The notes under the pieces: model-generated | Told to the model about the DNA's origin: nothing | Seen by the model: the letters and a program-made list of their open reading frames with translations, nothing else | The model's database searches: none | From: Octopus sinensis | Taxonomy: Eukaryota | Direction: 5' to 3' | DNA: 64,000 nucleotides | NCBI RefSeq assembly: GCF_006345805.1 | Contig: NW_021830460.1 | Span: 15,321 to 79,320, forward strand | In this document: positions 24,275 to 38,739 of the stretch, in pieces | Layout: every line of letters starts with the position of its first letter | Position numbering within the stretch: position 1 is the stretch's first letter | Translations under genes and position numbers: made by a program

Positions 24275-27200
24275 ATGTTCGAAGATAAAACTATCAACAA
24301 AAAAAAATACAGACGAATACAGACTGCTAGTCTTAAGAAGCTGCGCTACGAGCAATGCTTACGTGTAGAGAACCCTAAACTGACAGATCCATCTCCTAAT
24401 GTAATAATGGAAGCTCGTCATGCTTCAATGTCAACAAATCAAACTGTAAACCGCATTGGTCGTCGCGCGGATTACAAAAGACCACGTACCCGAAAATTGA
24501 ACCAAATTCTGATTGAAAAATCAGCTTCTGGATCAAATATTCCCAACACAGGAGCTGGAAGTACCCCACAACCGGAATATTCCAACAGATGGCCATCAAT
24601 GTTCGTTTCCAAATAATCAAAAGAAAAAGAAGGAATTTGGTCTAGGGAAGCTAATAAAGAAGTTCTTGCGGCCTTCTACCATGCCATATATTTCCCCACA
24701 GATAGATCTAACACTGTAAAAACATACTTAAACTGGAGACAGAAACACCCTGAAGTAAGACCCTACATAGACAGCAACAAACTTGCCAACGTCAGAAGAA
24801 ACATTAAAAAAAAAATTACTGACTGAAGTAGAGATTGATCAAGTTAGACAAGCAATATCGGATAAAATGAACGAAGCTGCAGCTAGAGAAGATAATACAG
24901 AGGAAATAATTATAGACCAGCCCAGGGCTGATAAAAACGAAGTAAGGATTGAAAGAGTTAGTATAAGTGACAGGCAAAGTGAAATACTCCCTGAACCAAT
25001 CATAAACACTAAAACAGATGAACATCAAATAGATACACAGAAATATTGACCCAACAGAACTACATGAGCTAAAACATCAAATCATGATTGAATGGCTGAA
25101 AATTAAAGAAACCAGCATGGATGAGCGTGATACACTCCCTAAAATCCGCAACTCTAACCAAAACATAAAATAATTGGTAAAATCCGGCTTGCACTTAAGG
25201 ATATAATTTCAGCTAATGATGTTGATATCACAAATCTCAACCACCTATACTATGCATCCGCGAAAATCTCAACGATCCTATGTGGTGTAAAGATCAGAAA
25301 ACGGCAACATTCCCACAAAAAGCCTTCTTGGCAAGAGCGTTTGCAACAACAAATTAAACTATTTAGATCTGATATTGAATATTTGAAAAACCTTAAGGTT
25401 CACAAGACTACCAAACCTACAAAAACCCAAAAATGACTGAAAAAATACAATATGAAAACTATACTTGATATTGATGCCACCATAGAAACCATCAAACAAA
25501 AGGTATCTGCCAAAGCTGCCCGCATAGCGAGGTATGAAAAGCGTGTTAGATTTTTCAAGGACAACAACATGTTCAAAAATAACCCCAAGAATTTTTACAG
25601 GAAGATAGGAAAAACAGCGTTTACTGCAAGGTCTGTACCATCAAAAGAAGTGCAGGGATTTTGGAATAAAATTTGGGCAGAAGAAAAAACACACAACGAA
25701 AAGGCCCCCTGGATTGACAGAATATCTACAGAACTGGACCCCTTAGAAGAGCAAAAGTGGAAGGGTGTCAAGGTAGAAGATATAAGATCTGCTCTCAGGA
25801 GGTCAAGCAAATGGAAGTCTCCAAGAAAGGATAAAATTCCTAACTTCTGGCTGAATGCCTTCCCAGAGAGCCATGAACTGCGAACAGAACTGTACAATGA
25901 TGTTTTGCAACACCCTAGTAGGATGCCTCTTGGCTAGTTAATGGGTTAACATTCCTGGTCCCTAAAAGTGAAGAAACAAATGAACCAAAAAACTATAGAC
26001 CCATAACCTGCTTAACAACTATGTATAAAACGCTAACATCTGTCCTGACGGAATATACTTATAGCTTTTTAACAGACAGCAGCATATTCCCTAATGAACA
26101 GAAAAGATGTAAACGTGGATCCTACGTCTGTAAAGATCAACTACTCATCAATAAGATGATCTTAGAAGATTGTCACAAACGACACAAAAACTTATCAATA
26201 GTCTGGATAGACTATGAAAAGGCCTTTGATAGCCTACCACATAGCTGGATTAGGAAATGCCTGGAAATGTATAAGATAGCACCTACTCTGCGAAACATTT
26301 TGACTGTAAGTATGAGATCATGGAGAACCACACTAACTCTGAACAGTGACAATGAATCCCTAAATGCTGGTGATGTAAAAATTTCGTGTGGAATTTTCCA
26401 GGGTGACTCACTGTCACCACTCCTCTTTTGTTTAGCCTTAATACCTCTCTCAAAACTGCTCAATGACGCGCAGTACGGGTATAAATTGTTTGATAAAAAT
26501 ATAAATCATCTCATTTACATGGATGATTTAAAGCTTTTTGCAAAAAATGACCAACAACTCAAGGGCTTACTAGCGATAGTCAAACAATTCAGTGACGACA
26601 TCAGAATGCAATTCGGCCTCGATAAATGTGCAAAAGCTACCTTTATCAAAGGAAAAATGACAGAAACATCTAACGTTAACCTTGACCAGCAAAATGTCAT
26701 AAAAGAACTAGACCCAGCGGAGAGCTACAAGTACCTAGGGTAATTAAAGGGAACGGAATAAGGCATTCAGAGATGAAGGAAATGATCAGGAGAGAATGTT
26801 ATCGAAGAGTGAGAGCAATACTCAAGACAGAGCTGAATGCAAGAAACAGGATCGAAGCGATCAATGCATTAGCCATACCAGTCGTGACTTACAGTTTCAA
26901 TATCGTTAACTGGTCAATTACTGAAATATGTCAGCTCGACAGAAAAATAAGAAAACTGTTGACAATGCATAGAATGCACCACCCTAAGGCAGATACAGAA
27001 CGACTTTATCTGCCAAGAAAAGAGGGAGACCGTGGTCTTTTGCAACTGGCAATAACAATGAAGATTGCTACAATTGGCCTAGACGCCAACCTGAAAATGT
27101 CTGAGGACTGGATGTTAAAGCTTGTCTCAAAACATGAAAACAAGAAAGCATCATACTCAGTAACAAAACAGGCAAAGGAATATCTAAGTGAATTCCGAAT

Positions 27201-28260
27201 ACAACAAATTTCGGAATTAAGATAGACATACAAGAAACAAGCACAGAAAAAGCTAGGCGCATGAAAACCCGTGCCAAAACTGCGGCCTTAGATATTCTGA
27301 ATAATAAATGGCAAGAAAAACCTCTCTATGGCAAATACCCAAAGAGAGCGAATAATGCAGATATTGACAAAGCCTTGACCCATCAATGGCTAATGGCCTC
27401 TGGCTTAAAATCTAAAACAGTAGGGTTTATCATAGCAGCTCAAGATCAATGCCTACCAACAAGAAACTACCAGGCCAACATATTAAAGAACGGCAGTAGC
27501 CCAACATGTGTATGCCGACAACAAAATGAAACCATTGATCATGTTGTCTCCAAATGCAGTCTTCTAGCGTCTACAGAGTACCTCAACAGGCATGATAGAG
27601 CTGCACAATATATTCACTGGGTAATTTGCAAAAACCTGGATTTGCCCCATGAAAAAAACTGGTGGGAACACAATCCACCTCCAGTACTTGAAAATGACCA
27701 CATTTCACTCCTCTGGAACTTCACCATTCAAACTGACAGAAAGATAGATGCAAATAGGCCAGACATCATATTGAAAGACTTCAGACAAAGAACATGCCTC
27801 CTCATTGATATGACTGTCCCAATCGATATAAACGTATCTGTCAAGACCTACCAAAAACTGAGCAAATATAAAGATCTTGAAATAGAAATCAGCAAAATGT
27901 GGAACCTGAAGACTAAGACAATACCTGTTTTCATAGGTGCCCTGGGAATGATAGCGAAAGGGGCTGATTGCTACCTAACTCATATACCAGGAAACCCCAA
28001 AATGGCAGAAATTCAAAAGATAGTGCTCATGGGAACTACTCATATCCTACGCAATATACTCTCTATGTAATCCCAAGGTTTAAAACAAACTTTTTATTTT
28101 AAATTTATATATTAGACATTCACTAGTACAACACCAAAAAAACCCCAAATATATGGCACACTAGGCATAACAACAACGTGAACTTCCAACCTGTTGTCTC
28201 TTGAGGTCTCTGGGTGAGACTTGGAGCCAACTTATACAAACATAAAGCAAAAGTCAACAT
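24275..28260 (+). mobile_element. Near-full-length R4/Dong-like retrotransposon, family D (ORF broken by stops/frameshifts; 5' UTR may extend to ~23433)
   Basis: N-terminal WSREANKEVLAAFYHA..RPYIDSNKLANVRR block, RT (YRPITCL, DYEKAFDSLPH, GIFQGDSLSPLLFC, YMDDLKLF, FGLDKC, YKYLG), knuckle and endonuclease (RHD, NRPDII, LIDMTVP, KLSKYKDL) in order; ends at (AAT)n. Confidence 0.93.
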
Positions 28261-28275
28261 ATAATAATAATAATA

Positions 28276-28319
<44 letters not shown>

Positions 28320-28321
28320 TA

Positions 28322-28356
<35 letters not shown>

Positions 28357-28377
28357 AATAATAATAATATAATAATG

Positions 28378-29900
<1,523 letters not shown>

Positions 29901-29920
29901 GTAATAATAATAATAATAAT

Positions 29921-30135
29921 AACAAGAGCACTCAGAGAGCTCAAACCTCTGCCAAGGCAACACCAACGTCCTCTCAATGATTAGAGATGATGTTTAAAAT
30001 GAGAATATCTGAAATAAACTCGACTGCTCTCACAAACGAGAATACTAAAAATGAACCCGACCGCTCTCATAAATTAATTTTAAAACATCGGAAAAATAAT
30101 CCAGAATCCTTGTCCAGTACCTGGTCGATCCCAAT
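29921..30135 (-). mobile_element. HINE-like 3' part (paralog of 5449-5650)
   Basis: Near-identical to 5449-5650. Confidence 0.45.
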
Positions 30136-30532
30136 GGTTGTCATGGAATGTGAAAATGGCTGTAGAAAATTTAGTAACAGTAATAAATAGTTTATCCTAA
30201 TCTAATATATGAGCCAAAATTAACAAATTCACCATTCAAAATAGTTTCAAAGGCGGAGTAGTAAGTTCTACTCAGAATTTTTAAATGAATAGCATCAGAC
30301 CCTTTGGTTTTCTCTTCTCTTAAATTCTGGCTTTCCTTTAGTATTCCTGTTGTTTTAGATTGATGTATAGATGCATGTATATAGGTAAGTATACTGTATG
30401 TATAATATATAATATATATATTATAAATATATGTTAGTGTTATTTAATTTCTGGGCGGTTTTGCTGCCGTTTGTTGATGTAGTTTTGGTTTCTTTATCCA
30501 TCAGTTTCTACTAGGATAAGATGCAGGCAGGA

Positions 30533-30563
<31 letters not shown>

Positions 30564-30732
30564 AAGAAGAAGAAGAAGAAGAAGAAGAAGAAGAAGAAGA
30601 AGAGAAGAAGAAGAAGGAAGAAGAAGAAGAAGAAGAAGAAGAAGAAGAAGAAGAAGAAGAAGAAGAAGAAGAAGAAGAAGAAGAAGAAGAAGAAGAAGAA
30701 GAAGAAGAAGAAGAAGAAGAAGAAGAAGAAGA
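30533..30732 (+). repeat. Long (GAA)n microsatellite (~200 bp)
   Basis: Direct inspection. Confidence 0.98.
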
Positions 30733-30825
30733 ATGTGCCCTGGTAGCAGCTGGACGTGTCTTTCGCTGCTCTGATAAGTCAGCAGCTGAAGACACAGGAA
30801 TTCTACTACAACTGAAAAACAACTT

Positions 30826-31690
30826 TTAAAAACTGGAATATCTAAAAAATTTTCGTTGAGTACCTAAAATCTCATTCTAATTAGCTTTAAAATCTTGATT
30901 ATCTACAATTTTCTCTGGACGAACACACAAACAATCATCTTTAAAAACTCTAATATCTACAATTTCCTATGAATACCCAAAGCTCTTCTTTTCTCTCTGA
31001 CTAGCCAAATATGTAAACATCCCTTTTTTATCTGCAAGAACACTCTTAGACGCCTCCGGTTATCCAACTTAAGCAATTTATGTATATAGAAATTATTCTA
31101 TTACAACCAGAAAACATTTTTTTGAAAACTGAAGTATCTATAATCCTCTGTGAGTATTTAAAATCTCATTCTAAATGAGTATTTAAAATCTCATTCTAAA
31201 TAACTTTAAAAACTTGACTATCTACTGTATTCTCTGGACGGACACACAAACGATCATCTTTAAAAACATTAATATCTACAATATTATGTGAAAAGTAAAA
31301 CTTTCCGTGAACACACAAATAATCATCTTTAAGAACTTTAATATCTACACTGTACTGTGAATAGCCAAATATGTAAAAAATTTCTCTGCAAGAACACTCT
31401 TAAACGCCTCTGGCTATCTTTACTTAAACAATTTACAGGCTTAAAAACTTGATTATATTCAGTTTTCTCTGGACGAACACACAAATGATCATCTTTAAAA
31501 ACTTTAATATCTACAATCCTATGGAAAAAAAATTTAATTGCTAAACACACACAAACGATCATTTTTAATATATACATTGTACTGTGAATAGCCAAATATG
31601 AAAAAAAAACAGATATTTCTACAAGAACACTCTTAAACGCCGCCGGATAACTAATTTAAGCAATTTTTATATATGGAAATTATATATACG
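30826..31690. repeat. Degenerate higher-order tandem repeat upstream of family C
   Basis: TCTCTGGACG(A/G)ACACACAAA..ATCATCTTTAAAAAC..TAATATCTACAAT recurs at ~30913, 31231, 31466 (partial at 31308, 31543); TAGCCAAATATG..CAAGAACACTCTTA recurs three times. Confidence 0.75.
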
Positions 31691-31989
31691 TGAGTGTGAG
31701 TGTGTGTACTTTATTTCTGTCTTTCTATCGGTAATTAAAACGCACAAGGTGAGTTGGTAGTAAACACATATTTGACCTCTGCTGACCGCTCCTTTGCTGG
31801 ACCACATGCGTACAATCACTCTTTCACCCACCGCCGACTCCTATTGAGTCTATTTATAGACTAACGATATCTAACTGTATGACTGCCATCCTGCCTATCT
31901 ACTGCCAACCTGCCCTCTCCTTCCTCTAAATAATAATAATAATACACTGTTGCCTTCTCCTTCCTCTAAATAATAATAATAATAATAAT

Positions 31990-34900
31990 ACACTCTTGCC
32001 ATGACTACAAGGAGTGACCACAGGCCAGCTACGGCTGCTATAATGGTACGATTATAATTGTAACGGCAATGATGGCCGTTTCCCCGCGAGCCACTCAGAG
32101 CTCAAAAATGATAACATTATCGTAGCACGAAAATGTTTTTGGAAACTAAAAGGAAAACTAAATCAGTATACCAAATCGCTTGTCCTATGGTTAATCTGGA
32201 AGCGCGTCCCCCAGGGAAGAGCCAGCCTGGGATCGAAAAGTCATCAACTGGCACAAACTCTTCTCCGAATACGGACATGGATGGTCACTTGAACGGGAAA
32301 TTCCCCAACTCGAGCCCTCCAAGTTCACCACTACAACCACCACAGAAAGAAAATGTAAGCGGAACAAATGGACCAGAGAAGAGTATAAATAAGTAATATA
32401 CGCTTATTACAGTAATTCTTACAGTATATGGAGAACACGGAATCAAGACAGTAGACCCTATTTGGACGAGAACAAATTGGCAAACGTGAGGAGGGATATC
32501 CTTCGAAATAACATACTCACAGACAGTGAAATAAGTGCGATCAAGCACGCAACGGAAAAGGACATAAATATAAGACACAAAGGAAATGAAGAATCAGATG
32601 AACAAAATAGCCCGCCACGAGGCTTAATTGAAAGTCTGCCATCTGACCAAAGCACGCAAAGGCCTGAAGATACAAGAAATTCTATTGAACCTGTTAAGGA
32701 TAGTCAGGAAAATGATAAAACAACAGTAACTGAAGATCTCGCATTTGCTGAAGAACACAGAGAGTCTATGGCAGAAATGAATACGCTTGAAGTTGTAAGA
32801 CATACAAGTATGAATGATAGAGAACCACTTCATAAACTCTCAAATACAAACCAAAATTAAAAAACAAATCAAAATTGGCAACTATGTAACAAATGAAATA
32901 ATACAAGAATTAAAACCTGATTTTACTGAGTTAAATGAAATTATTTACGCTTCTGCTAGGGCAATTGAAATCAGCTGTATTCCCCCGAAAAAACAAAGAA
33001 AACCAAACCTGGGAAAAAATCAAACCTGGAGAAGTAAAATTGAAAAAGAGATTGAATTTATGAGAGGGGAAATATCAATATTAAATGAACTAATATGTGG
33101 AAATGATGTAAGATCCAGAACAGGAAGAAAGATGAAGAGAAAATTTGGATCCTCACCAAGAGAAGAACTGATATCAATAAAAGAAACGCTGAAACAAAAA
33201 GTTCAAGCAAAAGCTCAAAGAATACGAAGATTTGAGAAGAGAAACATGTTTTACAAGCAAAATAAGCTGTTCACATCCAATGCCAAAAAATTCTACGGAG
33301 AAATAGGGAAGGAGAAAGTAGCCGTTAAAGACCCCCTCCCATGGAAGAAGTTCAAAACTTTTGGAAAAGGATTTGGAGTGACAAGAAGACGTACAACATA
33401 AATGCAGACTGAATTATACAAACAGAAGGATCCTACCAAAATTTACAACAACAAGCATGGGAAGACATCACAATAGCATACCTAAGAAAGGCACTCACGA
33501 AGGCCCATAATTGGAAATCCCCCGGTAGAAATAGGGTGCCGAATTTCTGGCTCTCATCGCTCCCATGCGCACACGGTAAGCTAGTTCAGCTGCTCAATGG
33601 AATTATGAGAGACCCAAAGGAAACACCTGAATGGTTAGCAAGTGGTATTACTTACCTACTCCCAAAGAATAACGAAACCAAACTTCCAAAAACTATCGGC
33701 CTATAACCTGTTTATCTACCACGTATAAAATCCTAACATCTATCCTGGCGGAGAAAACATATGCATTCATGGAGAAGAACGATATTTTCCCCATTGAACA
33801 AAAAGGGTGCCGCCGAGGCTCATACGGATGCAAAGATCAACTGCTAATTAATCGTATGATCCTTGAGAACTGTCACAACAAGCGCAGAAATCTCAGCTCC
33901 GCATGGATTGACTATAAAAAGGCCTTCGACAGTATACCGCATCCATGGATCTTGAGATCGCTGGACATCTTCAAAATTTCCCCTGTGATTTCAAGCTTCC
34001 TGAAGCATAATATGTCGTTGTGGAATACGAATCCCCAATTATACCACTCTAACGGAGTACTTGCCTCAGAGAATATAAACATCAACTGTGACATTTTTCA
34101 AGATGACTCACTTTCACCTCTAATATTCTGCATAGCCCTAATACCCCTTACAAGTGAATTAAACAGAACAGGGTATGGGTATAAAATTGTCAATAAAAAA
34201 TAAGCCATCTATTTTATATGGATGATTAAAACTCTATGGTAAAGACGATACTGAACTTGAAGGCATATTGCGCACTGTGGAATCATTCAGTGATGACATC
34301 GGGATGGAGTCTGGGCTTGAGAAGTGTGCCAAGGCCACTTTCCAGAAAGGGAAAGTGAAGACCACAAATTCAGTCGTGTTAGATGTTGACACAGTCATAA
34401 GAGAGCTTAAGCAAGAACAAACCTACAAATATTTAGGGATAAATGAAGGCTCTAGTATTCAGCATGCAAGCATGAAAGAGAAGATCAGGAAGGAATGCTA
34501 TAGGAGAGTTAAAGCAGTCCTGAAATCTGAACTAAATGCACGTAACAAGGTGTTAGCTATAAATTCCTTAGCAGTTCCAGTTGTTACTTATAGCTACAAT
34601 GTGTTGAACTGGAATATGAGTGAAGTAAAGAAAATAGATAGGAAAATACGCAAGCTGCTGAGTTGTAATAGGATGCACCACCCAAAGGCAGACGTAGATC
34701 GCCTTTACCTCCCCAGAGCCCAATGAGGTCGTGGCCTGATCCAATTTGAACTAGCTTACAAAACAACCACAATTGGACTGGCCAAATATCTTGAAATAAC
34801 GAATGACTGGATGCTAAAGCTCGTGGAAAATCACGAGAGACGAAAGAAGCTTCATTCTATCATAAAGGAAAGCAAAAGATTTGCTATTGATCTCGCGCAG

Positions 34901-35911
34901 GACACCCAAACTGAACAACCCGAGGGAAGTACGGAAACTATTGTTGCAAAGAAGGTGAAAATAATAGCAACGAAAACAGCGCACGAGCAATTGGCTGATA
35001 GGTGGGAGGAGAAACCTCTGCACGGCAAATATGTGGCCCGTAGCAAACAAGCTGATGTTGACCAGAAGCAAACCCATCAGTGGTTACGGAGCTCAGGGCT
35101 AAAAGCAGAGAGCGAAGGTTTCATCCTGGCTGCTCAAGATCAAAGCCTATTAACCCGGAACTACCAGGCCAATGTGATGAAAAATGGAGCAGACCCAAAA
35201 TGCCGATTCTGCCACGACATGATTGAAATAGTGGACCACCTAATCTCTGGATGTAAAGTCTTAGCACCAGTGGAGTATAAATTAAGACATGACAGAGTTG
35301 GCCAATATCTACACTGGCTAATAAGTCGGCATTACAATATGAAAACTGCCGACAAGTGGTATAATCACCACCCTGAAGCTGTAACTGAAGGAGAAAACGT
35401 AACGATTCTGTGGGATTTTCCAGTACATACAGACCGAACCATCAAAGCCAATAAACCGGATATTGTTGTGAAAGACCAAAACAATAAAGTTTGCTTATTG
35501 ATCGACATGAGCATCCCCTGTGATCACAATATCTCGGCGAAAGAATTTGACAAGCTCAGAAAATATAAAGACCTGCTCATTGAAATTGAGAAAATGTGGC
35601 ATCTCAAGGCGGTTACAATACCAGTGATCGTAGGAGCACTAGGAATGATCAAGAAGGGAATCGAAAATTATATGATAATGACCCCTAGCTTACCATCTCT
35701 GCAAGAAGTGCAAAAGATTGTCTTAACTGGTACATCACACGTATTGAGAAGAGCAGTGTCGATGTGAGAACTATTACTACCCATGTATTTTAATTTAAGT
35801 TTATTTCTATCAATAAAAAAAAATTAACGAACTAATGAGTTTAGTTTAATGGCCTACCAATGTATACTATGAGTTTCTTTGCCCTAGGAGTCGGGAAGAC
35901 ACTCGGCAAGA

Positions 35912-35914
<3 letters not shown>
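31990..35914 (+). mobile_element. Near-full-length R4/Dong-like retrotransposon, family C (5' UTR boundary uncertain)
   Basis: WTREEYK..RPYLDENKLANVRRD N-terminal block, RT (EQKGCRRGSYGCKDQL, DYKKAFDSIPH, SLSPLIFC, GLEKC, YKYLG), ORF 34811-35767 with CRFC..H..C knuckle and PDIVV/IDMSIP/KY endonuclease; ends at (AAT)n. Confidence 0.93.
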
Positions 35915-35980
<66 letters not shown>

Positions 35981-36227
35981 TTCTACTCAGAACGTGAAAA
36001 CAGATGAAATACCGCAAAGCAGTTTGCCAGGAGTGCTAACGATTCTGCCAGCTCGTCGCTTTAGTCATTAATGATAATTATTATCATACACCTATTACGT
36101 GAACACAGTAACTGCTAGAAATAATGGTTAAATTCCCCTAATATCACACGATCAAGGATATATCTTAGTAAATAAAACGGTAAGTACCTGAGAAACTCGT
36201 CCTGCCTTGGTTTTTGTAATCCTTTTC

Positions 36228-36263
<36 letters not shown>

Positions 36264-36266
<3 letters not shown>

Positions 36267-36533
36267 GTGGGAGGCACATGTCCTAGTGGTTTGAGCAGGG
36301 ATCCCAGGTTCGAATCCCAGACGAGGCGATGTGTGTGTTTATGAGCGAAACACTTAATCTATACGCGGCTCCGGCAGAAAGTAATGGCGAACTTCTGCTG
36401 ATTCTTTCGCCAAAACTTTCTCTCACAACTTTCTCTCACTCTTGCATCTTGCAGACGTCCTGTCCAGGTGGGGAACCTATACCCCAAGGAAACCAGCGTA
36501 TGAACCAGGCGTGGCTCCAGAAGGAACAAACAA
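36264..36533 (+). mobile_element. tRNA-derived SINE
   Basis: A-box-like GTCCTAGTGGT and B-box GGTTCGAATCC in the head; no cloverleaf 3' half; between (TA)n tracts. Confidence 0.7.
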
Positions 36534-36535
36534 TG

Positions 36536-36638
<103 letters not shown>

Positions 36639-36662
36639 ATATATATATATATAATATATATA

Positions 36663-36715
<53 letters not shown>

Positions 36716-36719
<4 letters not shown>

Positions 36720-37515
36720 GGTGGGGAGCGTTAACCGAAAAGTTAACTTCGTAAATCGTCAATCCGTTAACCAACAATTTAACTTTAATCGTTAATCCGT
36801 TAATTCTTGGAAAATGTAACGGAAGTTAATGTTAATCCGTTAACATTAACTTTTATAGTAAAAAAAAAGCATACCTACAGTTTAATACCCCACTAAATTT
36901 GTCACTTCATAACTTCCAGAAGAATTGATACTTTTTAACAAAACTTTCACCAAATAATCGCTTATACCCTGTAGATTGAAAGTATGTAAAGATTTGTTGG
37001 GAAAATGTTTTCCGAGGGGTTTGAAAGAGGAGTTTCAGAAAATTCATAAGACCTGACATTTTCCCTCTCATAACTTTCTGGAAAATAGGTGTTTTTTAAG
37101 GAAATTTTATACAAATATCTTTCGAACGGTGTAGATTACGATTACAAAGAAATTTGTAGACAAAAGTTTTGGAAGGGGACGGGGGAGGGATGGGTTTCTG
37201 TAAAACGGAGTTTCGGATCAAACGGCCTGCGTAAGTTGGAATTTCTCCGTTTTGACGGGGATTTTTTTCTAATGTTTTTCACCAAAGTTTTCAGAATGAT
37301 AGAAGGCATGTTTTCACGTAAAAAAGAAGAAAAAATTGTCTACCGCTTTTTATGACATTTGGGCGTTAACGGGCTTGAGTTAACGGAAGCTAAATATAAC
37401 GGAAGTTGATTAGTCCGATAAGGATTTTCAAAGTTATATTACAAGTTAATTTTTTTACGAAAATGTTAACTTCGTTAATTAAAGATTAACGGATTAACGG
37501 ACTTACGTCCCTCTG
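36716..37515. mobile_element. Non-autonomous hAT-like DNA element (~800 bp) in (TA)n
   Basis: Termini CAGAGG...CCTCTG; multiple subterminal CCGTTAA (left) and TTAACGG (right) repeats in inverted orientation; no ORF. Confidence 0.6.
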
Positions 37516-37573
<58 letters not shown>

Positions 37574-38431
37574 ATATATATTATATATATAATATAATAT
37601 AAAATATATAAATATATGCATATATACATACATATATGTACATACCTACAAATATATGTATATATACATGCATATATGGGTACAGGACATCAAAAAAACC
37701 TTGAACACAATGAGAAACGAAGACATAAAAACAAGAACATAGAAACGAACTTTCTTTCAAACAACGGGAAAAAAAGAGAACAAGACATACAACACAAGGA
37801 ATATTCCCCTTCTTCAGTTGTCCCTGTTTCATCTACTCCGCGTTTATACGTATATATCACTCAAAGAAATTCCAACTTTGATTTTCACGTTTTATTTACA
37901 ATCTTTTTAATAATATAATATAAGATAACACAATAGAAGGAAATGATAGAATATTAAATGTCCATTCTGATTGAACTAGTACTTTCGTGCATTAAACCAT
38001 GCAATCTTCAGATTCATGTAGTAGTGGTGACAGTTATGTTTTACAATATACATAAATTACGTACTGATGCACGTACATCTGTACATGTGTTTCTTTGTAT
38101 GTATACGTTTCTATATCTGAATATATACTTTATTTACGTACGTATGTATGATAGTATTTTCATATGTATGTAGATTTCAAGCTGAAGGCCACCGTCGCAC
38201 CTGACATTTTATGGAGGGTCACATTCTTCTCAGGAGAAGGTCAAAAGTTATGCGACAATATTCTTACTTTTTCTCATACTTTGTATAAACTAGGACAAGG
38301 CGAGTACCACATTGCCAGTTTGTAAATGAAACACGTGATTGTTACAACCGGATATGCTGGACATCGTGGAACGATGATTATTATTTTAAACCTTGGATTT
38401 GTCTTAGCCAAATGGAATATTTATACTTGGA

Positions 38432-38570
38432 ATGGCTGTGTGTTAGGAAGCTTGCTTCCCAACCACATGGCACCTGGTTCAGTCTTACTGCGTGGAACCT
38501 TGGGCAAGTGTCTATGACTATAGCCGTGTGAGTGGCTTGATAGACAGAAACTGAAAGAAGCCCGTCGTAT
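38432..38570 (+). mobile_element. SINE (same head as 609 and 57806), internally deleted
   Basis: GGCTGTGTG..CCAACCACATGG..TTCAGTC..CTGCGTGGAACCTTGGGCAAGTGTC. Confidence 0.7.
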
Positions 38571-38739
38571 ATATATATATATATATATACATATGTTTCA
38601 AAGGAATATCAAATATTAAGGGACCTTAATATATGATTTTCAACATTTCATCTATTCAATAAGATAATCAATACTTCATTTCATTTTACTATATATACTA
38701 TTTATACTATATATTCTATATTCTACATTAATATTATAA

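Noticed and set aside
31745-31760. AAG|GTGAGT splice donor suggesting a host exon
   Set aside because: I found no upstream acceptor or open exon, and a single 9-mer is expected by chance.
32030-32130. Possible HDV-like ribozyme at the 5' end of family C (TTCCCCGC loop-like; GAGTG/CACTC pairing)
   Set aside because: I found no P2 partner, no P1.1 GG and no proper P3, so the fold cannot be completed by eye. An Infernal search would settle it.
36264-36330. tRNA gene
   Set aside because: A and B boxes are present, but there is no complete cloverleaf and the sequence continues into a SINE body.
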